Source of the DNA: a virus | Taxonomy: Duplodnaviria; Caudoviricetes | Virus record (IMG/VR): IMGVR_UViG_3300032291_002473 | Span: 1-58,652 of that record | DNA length: 58,652 nucleotides | Direction: 5' to 3' (one strand) | In this document: positions 20,265 through 32,200 of the stretch, piece by piece | Layout of the letters: the number at the start of each line of letters is the position of its first letter | Numbering within the stretch: position 1 is the stretch's first letter | Notes under the pieces: model-generated | Databases searched by the model: none | Seen by the model: only the letters and a program-made list of their open reading frames with translations | What the model was told of the DNA's origin: nothing | Program-made: the position numbers and the translations under genes

Positions 20265-23200
20265 TAACAAAGAATTTAACTCACTAGATCCACTAGGACC
20301 TCAGTTTGGAAAAGCTAATCAGCAAGAAATTAGTAGTGAAGCCTTAAAGCCTTTTGAAGGAGCTCCAGTTAAACCAGTTAAAAATTACTTTCCTGTTATT
20401 CCTCAGTCAGGAGCTCTCACAAGAGGTGACTATGCAGTTAAAGATATTATAACTGGACAAGCTCCAAATCAACCACCATCAAGATCTAAACAAAAAGTAT
20501 CTGCAGCTGATTTTGGTAGAGCAGCTCAACAGCATTTTGATATGCAGTTAAGAACTAACCAGAATAAAAATAATATTTCTAAAGTAGCAGCCTATAATGC
20601 AGGACCCTCCGGGAACTCATTCTATAAAAGATATGCTGCATATGGTCAAGAAAAATTTGATAAGATTGGTTTTAGTCCTACAAGAGATAATGAGGCATTG
20701 TATAATAGTCATACTACTGCATGGAATGATTTTAGTAGAATGATGACTAATTCATTTGTACCATTATTTAGTAGAGGTTTTGTATCAGGTCCTAAGAGTT
20801 TGATTAATGCACTTGGTGGAGATTTTAGTGGAGACACAGAAGATGCAAAAATATATGAAGAAGCAGCAGCAATAGGGCAATCATCTAAAGGTGGTTTTGC
20901 TGGTTTCTTTAATAATACTGCAATGAACTTTGCATATACAGCAGGTATAATTACCGAAGCTGTTGCAGAAGAAATTGGTATGATGGCTATTACTGCCGCA
21001 ACAGGTGGTGCAGCTTTACCAGCGTTATTTGCAACTACAGCAAACGCAGGTAAAAATATTTTAAGAGGTATAAAAGGACTTGATAAAGTTGGTGATGGTT
21101 TCAATGCTGTTAATAAAACTCTTAAAAGTTTAAATAACATTGATGAAACTAGAAAGTTATTTAATACTATAAAAGCTGGAGCAAATTCAAAAGTGGTTAA
21201 ATTTTTAAACCCATTTGAAAACATGACTGAAGCATTTGGTACTATTGCTAAAAATGAAAACAATCTAGAAGGTTTAGCAAGAACAGCATCTGCTATAAAT
21301 AAAACAGCAGGAGGATTATTTAGAGATGTAAGAAATGCTAACATGGCATTGTCTGAAGCAAGACTTGAAGCGGGTATGACAGAAAATGCTGTATATGATA
21401 AAATTTATACAGAGTACTATAAAAAGAATGGTGTACCACCAGATAATGATACTCAATTCTTAATGCTACAAAAATCTAAGGAAGCAGGTATGAGTACTCT
21501 TATTTTGAATACTGCATTAATCTTTGGGTCAAATAAAATTGTACTACCAAACATACTTGGACCAAAAGGTGGACCAGCAGGTTTCTTAAGAAGTAAAGTT
21601 GATGATGTAATGAATCTTAAAGATGGTAAAGTAGTCTTTGAGCAATTTGGTAAAAAAGCAAAAGAAGGTGTTAAGCAAGTAGGTAAAGGTGAATTTAAAT
21701 ATGTTGAAGATAGTTTAAAAAATACTGCAAAACAAATATTGAAACAACCAGGTAAAACATTATTAAAAAGTTCTGCAGGTTATTTTAAAGGTAACTTAAT
21801 GGAAGGTGTACAAGAAAACTTACAAGAAGTTATTGCTGGTGCAAATGAAAAGTATTACTCAGATGCATTAAGTAATAGAGTGCTTGGAACACATATTAAT
21901 GAAAGAGGAAAATCTTCAATAATGATGGATGAATTTGGTAAACAATTTACATCACAAGGATTTGAGACTTTTGCTTCAGGTTTCTTTATGGGTATGTTTG
22001 CTAAACCATTTAATGCTGCATTGCCTACGTTGTTTAATGGATACAATAGAGTATTTAATAAAGATGAATACTTAAAATATAAAGAGATAAGAAAATCATA
22101 TGGTGAGGGTTTAACAAATAGATTAAACACTATGTATTCTGACCCTAAAGATTTCTTTAACTCAAAGTTTTTCAACTATGGTGTTCAGAATGAATTAGCA
22201 ACTACAATTGAAACTGCAGACAGCAAACTTAAAAAAGATGCTATGGATGAGGCTTTTGGTAATCAAGTAATGACAGCTTTAGAAACAAACACTGTTAACT
22301 TTTTTACTGAGCACTTAAGTTCAATGAAGGACATGACACCTGATGAATTTGAAGAAGCATTTAGATTTGAAAAAGGTACTGGTGCAAAATATCAAGGAAG
22401 AATTGATGGTATCATTGAGACAGCTAAAAATATGGAAAAAAGCTATAAGTATGCTAATGATAGATTTCCAAATCCAATTAACTTAAGTCCATTAAAAAAG
22501 GGTACTGAAGAATATAATGAGGCAACAATTTTTTCTAATGCCTGGGAACATGGTAAAAAGAATTACGTGCTATTGAACCAAAGTTTTAATAATACCATGA
22601 CAAGAATGAGTGAAATCATGGGCACTATTAAAGATAACCCATCTTTAAAAAATATGGCTCAGGCAGATATTGATTTAATATTTGAACCAAATAAGATTGG
22701 TAATGAAGTAGCAATGCTTAAAACTGAAATTGAAGGTTTAAACTTATCACAAGATCCAGCATCTAAACAACAGGCAGTTGAGAAACAAAATAAACTTGAT
22801 GCATTAAGTAATTTTCTAGATGTACATACAAAACATAATGTATATAACAATAGATCTGACTATGCAGAAAACTTATTTGAAGCATACAAAAAGAAAACTG
22901 GTGAGACTGAGTTATCAGATGATACTAAACAATATATACTTGATACAGCATTTGGTGAAAAGAATGATGAAAATACTTTAAAAGCAAACTCTGAACTTGA
23001 AGATGCATATAAAAAATATTTAAAGGCAGTTAATGGTGTAGATAATAGTTATGTATTTGATACAGATATTGATGAAAGTTTTAATAAATTACTAGATCAT
23101 TATAAACTTGATGCTGAATCTAAAAAACTTGTTACATATATTAATCTATTACATAATCCAAAATCATTTGTTGAACACGTAGAAAAAACAAAACAATGGA

Positions 23201-26193
23201 TGACTAATATGTATAATAACAGAAAAGAGTATTATACAGATATGGTTAATAAACAATTAGCCGGTGTAGAGAATAATGCATTACTAAATCAATTAGCTGA
23301 TTTAAATATCTTTGTAGATCTAGATGCATTACAGGATTACATGGATAATGATATTATTCCTAAAGAGTTTTTTGATGAGTCTTCTAAACAAGTAATACCA
23401 AAAGGTACTAAAAAGTATAATGAGATATTTAACATACTTGCATTAAACAAAAGATTAAAAACTGAAGATGTAGAAAAACCTACATTAGATGGTACACTGC
23501 AAGAAAAAGTGGACTCATTAGAAGCACAAGAAAATGCAGAACTTGAGGAACTTGAAAAAATAGAGACTATTAAAAAAATCAAACATGAAGTTGCAAAAGA
23601 TAAACCATTTACAATTAATGATGTTTTAGATGGTCTTGAAGAAGGTCAGTATGTTGATGCAAAATATGAAGGTAGTGAAGACATACTTACTATGTTCATG
23701 GCATGGGATGATTTAAGACTAAATGATTCTAAAGGTGATAAAGTTGATATAGCTCTTATTAAAGATAAGTTCTCTGAATATAAAATATATACTAAAAAAT
23801 TACAAGCAAATCCTGAACAAGTAGCAGCTATTAAAGAAAAATATGATGCTCTTAGAGATGAGGCTGCTAATAAACATGCTGATAAAAAAGCTAAAACAAA
23901 AGCTGATGTATATTCTAATTATACACCAGTAGATCAATTACCTAAAGACTTATATAAAGAGTTACAAGATACATTCTCACAAACTGAAACAGCTATAAAA
24001 GCTGATGAAGATGAAACAAGTGATGAAGAGTTAATGGACTTGTTTAAAGTATTTGTAAAAACTAATCCATTAGCTGAAGAAGTAATCAATGAATATAATG
24101 ATAAAAGTAAAGATGCAGTTGAGAAAGAAAAACTAGGTGAGATAGATGATTTTGATTTTATATTAAACAATAAAAAATTAAATACAGCTGCTTATTCAAT
24201 TGATGATATTAAAATATTTAGAGCACAATTTGAAGAATTAAGAGATGAAGCTGATAGTACAATTACAAAAACAGCTTATCAAGATGTTATTACTAAATTC
24301 AATAAGTTAATATCTACAAGAGATATACAAAACTTTACACCAGAGGTACAAGAAATAATTAAAACATTAAAGAATGAGTTATTTGCTAAACAAAGTGGTA
24401 TAAATAAACTTGGTGAAGAAGGTTATGCAGTTAAAGGACAAATATTAGCAAGAGTAAGTAATTTTATTGAAAAGTATAAAACTGAAAAATATAGATATAC
24501 AGGTGCAGATATAGTTAAAGCTGCTTATGATATGACAATAGGTAATGTAGGATTTAATGAAAAGGGTGTAAAGTACCTTATTAATAAGTTAAAAGCTGAA
24601 TTACACATTGATTCAGTTGAAAAAAACTATGGTTATACAGATGAAACTGAGGCATTACTTAAAAAACACTTAAAGAATTTATTAGTACAAGATTTAAATA
24701 AAGTATTATTTAAAAATAAAGAAGAGTTATTAGAAGATATTCAAGCATTTATAAGTGAAAATACATATGAAGCATCAAGAGATGGTGGTACTTATGTAGA
24801 TGATGAGTTAAGAAAATTCTTTACAAAAGGTGAAGCTCCAGTTTTTGATGAGAAAAAAATTACTAGAGAAGCATATGATAATTTATTTGGGCCAACAAGT
24901 TTCTTAAAACCTATCAAGCAAAGAATTGATGCTGGTGAATTATATACAGTTGCAACTAATCTTAAAGTATATGATGTAGATTCTAACGTAGCAGGTGAGA
25001 TGGATTTATTACTTATTGATAAGGAAGGTAAACTACACATCATAGATTTTAAAACAGGTAATGAAACTAAATGGGATGGATTTGTAACACAGACTAAATT
25101 CAGTAAAAATAAACTTGAAGCATATACGCTTCAACAATATACTTATGCAAGGTTGTTAAAAAAGATGACAGGTCTTGATGCTGATATTAATATATTCCCA
25201 ATAGAGACTACATTAGATCAAAACAGTAAAAAAGTATTAACTGCTGGTGCACCTACTAATACAAAACTTAATGGTCCAGGTAAGTGGTACTTCTCACTTG
25301 ATCCTAATTTTACAGATGCTAAAGCTAAGATTGATAAAGCAATACCTATTGAAGCACCAGTGATTAAAGTAGCAACATCTATTAATCCAGTGTATAAGAA
25401 ACAACTTGTAAACTTAGGTTATCCAATTGGTATTATCAATGACTTAACTAAAGAACAAGCAGCTGAACTTACTAGAGATAATGTACCATACAAGGAGTAT
25501 ATTAAACAAACTAGTGGAGCTAAAATGTCATTTGGTAAAGCGGCAACTACAACTGAGGTTGATACTGAAAATAAATCAGTTGTTGAACCAGTACTAGATA
25601 CTAAAGATATAGATAAAAGAAGAAATAAGGCATACGGTAGCATACAGTTTAATTACTCAACTGATGAAGGTTACTATGGTATATATACTGATGCACAAGG
25701 TAAAGAAGAACTTATTGAAAGTGGAAATGAAAAAGCAATTAAAGCAATACTTAAAGAAAAGTATGATGCTGAAGTAGCTGCATTACAACTTCAAACAGGA
25801 CCAGTTACTAAAGCATCTGAGCTTAATCTACAAAAAGAGGATACAGTAGTTGTTAAAGAAGTAATACCTGAATTTGCAGAAAAAGGTGATACATTAACTG
25901 TTTTGAAATCTGATGAAAATTCAGTATCTTTTACAAATAAGGGTAAAGAAAAAACATTAACTTTACAAGAGTTAAATAAACACACAACAACAATGGATAT
26001 TCTTAAAACAGAGCAAGCAGAATCAACACCAGAAATACTTGATGCTATTGATAAACAGACTATTAATGAGACAGTTGATGCCTTTAATACCTTTATGAAT
26101 GACAAAGATGCAATTGATGCTGCAATAAAAGAAGCAGATGCAAAATCAATGTCTGAAATAGAAGATGACTTACTTAATAATCTTGACTGTTAA
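20251..26193 (+). CDS. Large virion cargo protein with hydrophobic segments and a PD-(D/E)XK nuclease domain
   Basis: 1980 aa. Hydrophobic stretches (IGMMAITAATGGAALPALF; FASGFFMGMFA). GTYVD...AGEMDLL...IIDFKTG...YTLQQYTY nuclease motifs at ~24780-25150. Confidence 0.7.
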   Translation: MLTDDNKEFNSLDPLGPQFGKANQQEISSEALKPFEGAPVKPVKNYFPVIPQSGALTRGDYAVKDIITGQAPNQPPSRSKQKVSAADFGRAAQQHFDMQLRTNQNKNNISKVAAYNAGPSGNSFYKRYAAYGQEKFDKIGFSPTRDNEALYNSHTTAWNDFSRMMTNSFVPLFSRGFVSGPKSLINALGGDFSGDTEDAKIYEEAAAIGQSSKGGFAGFFNNTAMNFAYTAGIITEAVAEEIGMMAITAATGGAALPALFATTANAGKNILRGIKGLDKVGDGFNAVNKTLKSLNNIDETRKLFNTIKAGANSKVVKFLNPFENMTEAFGTIAKNENNLEGLARTASAINKTAGGLFRDVRNANMALSEARLEAGMTENAVYDKIYTEYYKKNGVPPDNDTQFLMLQKSKEAGMSTLILNTALIFGSNKIVLPNILGPKGGPAGFLRSKVDDVMNLKDGKVVFEQFGKKAKEGVKQVGKGEFKYVEDSLKNTAKQILKQPGKTLLKSSAGYFKGNLMEGVQENLQEVIAGANEKYYSDALSNRVLGTHINERGKSSIMMDEFGKQFTSQGFETFASGFFMGMFAKPFNAALPTLFNGYNRVFNKDEYLKYKEIRKSYGEGLTNRLNTMYSDPKDFFNSKFFNYGVQNELATTIETADSKLKKDAMDEAFGNQVMTALETNTVNFFTEHLSSMKDMTPDEFEEAFRFEKGTGAKYQGRIDGIIETAKNMEKSYKYANDRFPNPINLSPLKKGTEEYNEATIFSNAWEHGKKNYVLLNQSFNNTMTRMSEIMGTIKDNPSLKNMAQADIDLIFEPNKIGNEVAMLKTEIEGLNLSQDPASKQQAVEKQNKLDALSNFLDVHTKHNVYNNRSDYAENLFEAYKKKTGETELSDDTKQYILDTAFGEKNDENTLKANSELEDAYKKYLKAVNGVDNSYVFDTDIDESFNKLLDHYKLDAESKKLVTYINLLHNPKSFVEHVEKTKQWMTNMYNNRKEYYTDMVNKQLAGVENNALLNQLADLNIFVDLDALQDYMDNDIIPKEFFDESSKQVIPKGTKKYNEIFNILALNKRLKTEDVEKPTLDGTLQEKVDSLEAQENAELEELEKIETIKKIKHEVAKDKPFTINDVLDGLEEGQYVDAKYEGSEDILTMFMAWDDLRLNDSKGDKVDIALIKDKFSEYKIYTKKLQANPEQVAAIKEKYDALRDEAANKHADKKAKTKADVYSNYTPVDQLPKDLYKELQDTFSQTETAIKADEDETSDEELMDLFKVFVKTNPLAEEVINEYNDKSKDAVEKEKLGEIDDFDFILNNKKLNTAAYSIDDIKIFRAQFEELRDEADSTITKTAYQDVITKFNKLISTRDIQNFTPEVQEIIKTLKNELFAKQSGINKLGEEGYAVKGQILARVSNFIEKYKTEKYRYTGADIVKAAYDMTIGNVGFNEKGVKYLINKLKAELHIDSVEKNYGYTDETEALLKKHLKNLLVQDLNKVLFKNKEELLEDIQAFISENTYEASRDGGTYVDDELRKFFTKGEAPVFDEKKITREAYDNLFGPTSFLKPIKQRIDAGELYTVATNLKVYDVDSNVAGEMDLLLIDKEGKLHIIDFKTGNETKWDGFVTQTKFSKNKLEAYTLQQYTYARLLKKMTGLDADINIFPIETTLDQNSKKVLTAGAPTNTKLNGPGKWYFSLDPNFTDAKAKIDKAIPIEAPVIKVATSINPVYKKQLVNLGYPIGIINDLTKEQAAELTRDNVPYKEYIKQTSGAKMSFGKAATTTEVDTENKSVVEPVLDTKDIDKRRNKAYGSIQFNYSTDEGYYGIYTDAQGKEELIESGNEKAIKAILKEKYDAEVAALQLQTGPVTKASELNLQKEDTVVVKEVIPEFAEKGDTLTVLKSDENSVSFTNKGKEKTLTLQELNKHTTTMDILKTEQAESTPEILDAIDKQTINETVDAFNTFMNDKDAIDAAIKEADAKSMSEIEDDLLNNLDC

Positions 26194-26210
26194 TAATAAA
26201 TAATAATACT

Positions 26211-29200
26211 ATGAACATTACTTGTGCACTATCTAGTGGCCAAATAAAAGGCTTATTCCAATACGTTTATAAAACAATGACTGAATCATTAGCTGGAGAC
26301 GCTGTCTTCAATGCTGATGAAGTTATGAAAAAGCTATTTGATAAAATAGAGAAAACAAAAGATGCAGATACAGCTGCTAAGTTTTTACAGATAGTGCCTC
26401 AAATGATTGGTACAGCATCTTATCAAACAGGTTTACTAGATCTTGAATTTGATCCAAAGTCAAACCCAAGAAAGCTTGCACAAAAGTTTATGAATTCTGA
26501 AACAGGTTTATTAGATGTATTACAATATTTTAAACCTAAAGATGTTATCAAGGAATTAAAAAATGAGGTAAGTATTAAAAACAATAGTGTTAATAGTCCT
26601 GAGTATTCAGATACTGAGACATTTCCCGCATCTCCAAGATTTAAACCATCAAGTGCCTTTACAACAACAATGCAACAGTTTATTTCTAAGAAACCAACTG
26701 GACAGTTAATGGTTGAAGAAATAGATCCTAACAGAGTAAGAATATATAATACACTTGAAAAACTTAAAGTTGTTTTTAATAGAAAAGATAATAGTGTGCT
26801 TGGTACAACATATCAAGGTAGAGTATTAAAACTTAAAGGTGTAAGATTAGATAGTGTTGCAGCTAGTTTAGATAAAACTACAGCTGATTTATTATTTAAA
26901 GGAAATACATTTGGAAAAAAAGGTGGTGAAAACTATCTTAAAGATGCTATTATATTAATGGTAACTGATGAATACGGTACTCCAATAAACTTTAATGAAG
27001 AAGGTGATATTGCATCTAAAGAAGAAGGTGGTAAACCTGTGTATCAATTTTTAAGAAATGTTACAGTAGATAAGGAAACAGGTGACTATACTATAAAAGA
27101 TATTTATGGTAAAGAAGAAAGAATACAGTCAGTAGAAGACATGCTTGGTAATTATGCATTTAGAGCATATAAAATAACATCACTTGATGAATTTAAAGAA
27201 TACTTAAAAGAACAAGGTGAGAACTATGATGATTTGTATAATCTCTTTAAAGAAAGACAACAAAAAGAATTTAAAGCTCTTTTAGACATACACAAAGAAA
27301 TACTAAAAGAAAAGGCAAAGCTGTTTGATATAATGGATATCAGTACTGGTGTACCTGATTATTTTACAGGTGGAGATATGCCATTAAATGATTTCTTGAA
27401 GTTAACAGATAACTTAAATGCTGATTACAGCTTTGAAACATTAACAGCTGGAAGAGATGGAATAGGTTCTGGGCAAACTGTAATTGTTATCAATGGTCAT
27501 GAAGTACCTGTTGATAGAAAAAATATGTCTGCAGATTTAATTGAGAAAATTGCAGAAGTATTAACTAATCCAAATATTCCTGATAATAGAAAATATATAT
27601 ATTATGATTATTTTTCTCATAATAATATAAATAAAAAAGATAAAAAATTATTTGTTGTTTATGACCCAGTTGATGGTTTAAAAGTTAGTTATAAAGAAGA
27701 TGCTAAAAATCCTGAAAAAAGTATATTAGATTTAACTAATAAAGAAATAGCAAAAAAAATCATCATAGACTCATTAAGTTTTGAAAGAGGGACGGTTAGT
27801 AAACCTTATTCTGCTAACATGAAGATCAATTCACAATTGCTAGAATCTGCTATACCCTTTTTTGATTATGATATTACAACAGGTAAATTTTTTGAAAGCA
27901 ATTATAGAGACTTTTTATTTAAAATTAACCCAACAATTAAATTTGTTGCTGGTGAAGATCCAGGTATATACAATTCTTACTTTGCATTCAGAGTTAATGA
28001 TAAACTAAGTAAAGAGTTAAAGAAAGCTGAAGAAAAAGTTCAAGAGAAAAAGTATACTACAGATTCTCAGATAAGACAAAATAAAGATGCTTTAGTACTT
28101 AAACTTGCAGAGAATCAAAATATATCTGGTACTGTAACAGATGGTTTAACTGCATCAACTTTTATAATTCAAGTTGATGGTATTACAGTTGAAGGTAGGT
28201 TTGAAGAGGGTTTGTCAATTACATCAGTACCAAAAAATAAAATTGTAACTTTTTCTGTAGGTGATAAAATAGAAGATGGTAAATTAATAACAGATGTTAT
28301 TTCTATTCTTGCAGGTAATAAAAAAATTGGTCAAGTAAGTGAAACTGATTATGCTAAAGAAGAGCCGAGAACTTATCAAGATGCTAAAATAGCTGATGAA
28401 AAAGTAATTAATCCGGTTGGCGTACCACAACCTTCAGATAAAAAAAGTAAGGCAAGTGGAATAAGTAAACTATGGGATAGAACAAGTAAATTACCAAGTG
28501 ATATTACTAGAGAAGAAGTAGATGCTGCTCAAGAGTGGTGGGAGAATTCTCCTTTATCTAAGTTTATTGAGCTTGAACACATGGCTAATATTGTTAACTC
28601 TGATGTTTATGCAAGATTTATTATTGCAGGTAAAAGATTAGAAGATACTAAAATACAATTAGATACTGCTACTGGTGGTTCTGCTGTAGATTTATACCAT
28701 GAAGCTTGGCATGCATTCTCTCAATTGTACTTGACTAAAGAACAAAAGACTAAGTTATATGATGAGACAAGAAAAAGATTAAATAATAATGATCTTACTA
28801 CACTTGAGGTTGAGGAAATAATAGCTGAAGATTTTAGAACTTATGCTAAAAATCCTAAACCAACAGGAGATGCACCAGTAAGAAATACTATATTCAGAAG
28901 AATATGGAACTTTATTAAAAAGCTATTTGGACAAAGAACTACTAAAGATGAGTTATTTGAAAAATTATTCTTTGCAGGTAAGAATCCTAAGCTTTTAAAC
29001 AAGTATACTCCACTTGTTGATAATGCAATGTTTGATATGTTGAATAGAGATAGAGGTATCTTAAATGTTGAGACAAAAGAACTTGCATTAAATTTTCAAG
29101 ACTCAATGGTTGTAGCAAGTCAAATTGATTCTGCTTTATCAGAATTAATTGATGAGATATATACAGATAGAGTACAGAGAGAAAAAGAAGGTGATGTTGA

Positions 29201-32200
29201 TAAAAACAATGTACCTATTAAAGCTACTAGAAATGGTACTATATCTTTATTAACAAATGATAAGCATAAAGCTGTTGCTTATGAAACTATATATGGAAGA
29301 TTTGAAGATAATCTTGCATATTTCCAAGATCAACTTGATACTGCAGATGAAGATGACTATAATAAAGTTACCCTTCTTACAGATAAAGTAAGAATTTTAA
29401 AAGCTGCATTAGAAAACTGGGGTGACTCAAACAGTGGAGTAGTTAAATTTCATATTGATAATAGTACATTTGATTTAATCAAGCAAAAATATATTGAGAT
29501 AGAAGCTGAGGATGAATTATCTGAAGATGATGATAATAGTGCACCAGAAAAAGCAGAGGAGTCAGAAAAATTTGCTGATAAAAAAGTAGGTGATAAATCA
29601 TTATTGCAATTAGCTGAGAAAGAAACTCTTTATATTATTAAAAGTTTATTTAAAGTAGTTGATGGTAAACAAGTAACAGGTAAACTTGGTTTTCCTGAGC
29701 TTGCTGATTTTAGTAAAACATGGAATATTATTACTAAAGTTATTGGTGGTGAAAAAGATCCGGTTAAAATGTATGAAAAACTTAATGAGGGTATGCAAAG
29801 TTTTCCTGAGTTAAGACAATTGATTGAGAATAAAATACCAGATCCAAGAGAAGTACATAACATTGAGGAATTCAATATTAAAGCTGCATTTTGGCAAGAC
29901 TTTAAAAAGACTAAACTTAAATACCTTCAATTAACAGTAGATGATCAAGATGGTAAGGGATATTCATCTGAGGTTACTGAAGCATCAATTGAGTTTACAA
30001 ATATTATTAACAAGTTTAATAGTGAATTTAAAGCATCTCCAAAAACTACATATATAAATAAAACTGCTGATAATAAATCTATACTTAATCTAGATAGAGT
30101 TGTTGCTGATTTTGATGGTAAAACATTTGACAGTAAAAAATCAATTGAGTTTGCAAGATCAATAGGTATAAACTTACAAGATCTTTCTGCATTAAAGAAA
30201 CAACTTGATAGTCATAAAAACTATTATAGTATGAATCATTTATTTGATGTAGTAAAAGCTATTCATAAAATAAGTAAAGACCCGAATGCAAGTTCAGAGC
30301 ATAAAAAGTTTATTCAAAAGTTTTTATCAAATCCAGTAGGTGCTTTATATGGTCAAATACCAGAAGGTATACATAAAAAAACTACTAGTGAGAAAAATAT
30401 AATTCAAAGATTAGCAAAACTACAAAGTGCTTATGGTACTAACTATTCTAGTTTTAGTGTATTAAATCCAGAGAAGAATCTTGTTAATGAGTTTATTGAA
30501 GATAATACTGTAAGTATGATTGTTGATGCTCTTAATAATGTTACAGAAGGTAAAGATTTATGGACAGGCGATGCTTATCAATATATGAGTTATCTTAATC
30601 CAGAAATAAATGGATTTACATTACAGTCTCAGATACTAAAAAACATATTTAAATTTGAAGGTAACACATTAGGTAAAAGAATCAGTGATAACAAACTTGA
30701 TTTAGTAATGGTTGCGGGTACCCAAATTGTAGATGAAAAAGGTGCTAACACAACTTCCCTTGATGTACAAAGTAAATACATACAAGAATTAAATACAATG
30801 CTTAAAGGTGGTATTATAGAATTCATGAGACATGCTTCTAAGTCTTCTTCATTTGGTATGAGATTATCAAATAATATTGCTGGTGGTATGGACAAGACAG
30901 AAAAAACTAACTTGTATGTAGACATTGATATGTTTGGTCCAAATGGTATTGCAGACAGATATGCTGTTGATGAAATATTTACAGGATACATACAGGCTGA
31001 GTTAATCAGAATACAAAAATTCAAAGGCAATAAAGAATTATTTAAGCAGTATAATGGTTATAACAGAAATGTTGGGACTAAAGAAAATCCTATTTATGCA
31101 GGTGAACAATTTACTGCATTTGATAATATATTAAAAGACTTCACTACTACAATAAATGGTGAAGAAAAAACTATGGATCTTAAACAATATCTAATTGATA
31201 ATGTAAAAGATGGTGACCTTAAAAACTATTTAAAGTCTAATCCAGAGATTAAAAAAGTTATTACTGAACAAGTAACAGAATACTTTAATAGTCAAACAGA
31301 TAAAAACTATGATAAGTTTTCTGAAGCTCCATTCTATGATCCAGCATTGATGAATAAGCTTAACGTGTTTACAACACTTGAAGAGGAAGAGAAACATAAG
31401 TTGCTTGTTAAAGCTTACACAATGAATGCCTGGATACACAACTTTGAAACAGCAAGTTTAGTATATGGTGATATAGCACAATACAATCATGCTAAACAAG
31501 AGTTGCATAAAAGAAATACAGGTTCTACTTCAGGAGGTAGAGGATTCATGGATGATGTATACACTCAAAACTTTTTACAAAGTGATCTTATTAAGAAAAC
31601 TTCTTATGGTCATAAGTTAGCTAATAAAGTAGGATATGGTAAGGGTTATAATAGTTTTAACTATACTAACACTTATAATACTGCAATACTTCAAGATGTA
31701 AGTAGAGATTCTGTATATGTTAAACATATTGAAAAAGCTTTAAGAGATGATTATACTAAAAGAGGTGTATCAAAAGCAGAAATAGAAAAAAGAATTGCTA
31801 AAGAAATTGATACGTATAAAAAAATGGAAGAAGGTGATGGTCAAGGTTTTATTACTATTGATGCATACCGTAATTTAAGATTAGCTGAAAGCAATTGGTC
31901 AGCTGAACAAGAAAACTTATTCCAAGATATTATTAATGATAAGCCAATTAAAGCAGAAGACATAGTAAGATTCTTTCCTGTATATAAATTACAACACTTT
32001 GGTCATTTAGCTAATACACAATTACCAGTTAATGCAATGCATAAGTTTGCATTGATGCCATTAATTCCATCAGTGATTAAAGGATCTGACTTAGAATCTT
32101 TACATCATCAAATGATGAAATCTAATATACAGTATGCTACATTCCAAACTGGTTCTAAAGTAGGAAGCATCACATCTGAATTAGATGAAAATGGAAAAGC

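Noticed and set aside
24770-25210. Calling the cargo nuclease domain Cas4
   Set aside because: The domain has no cysteines, so the Fe-S cluster ligands are absent. Only a generic PD-(D/E)XK call is supported.
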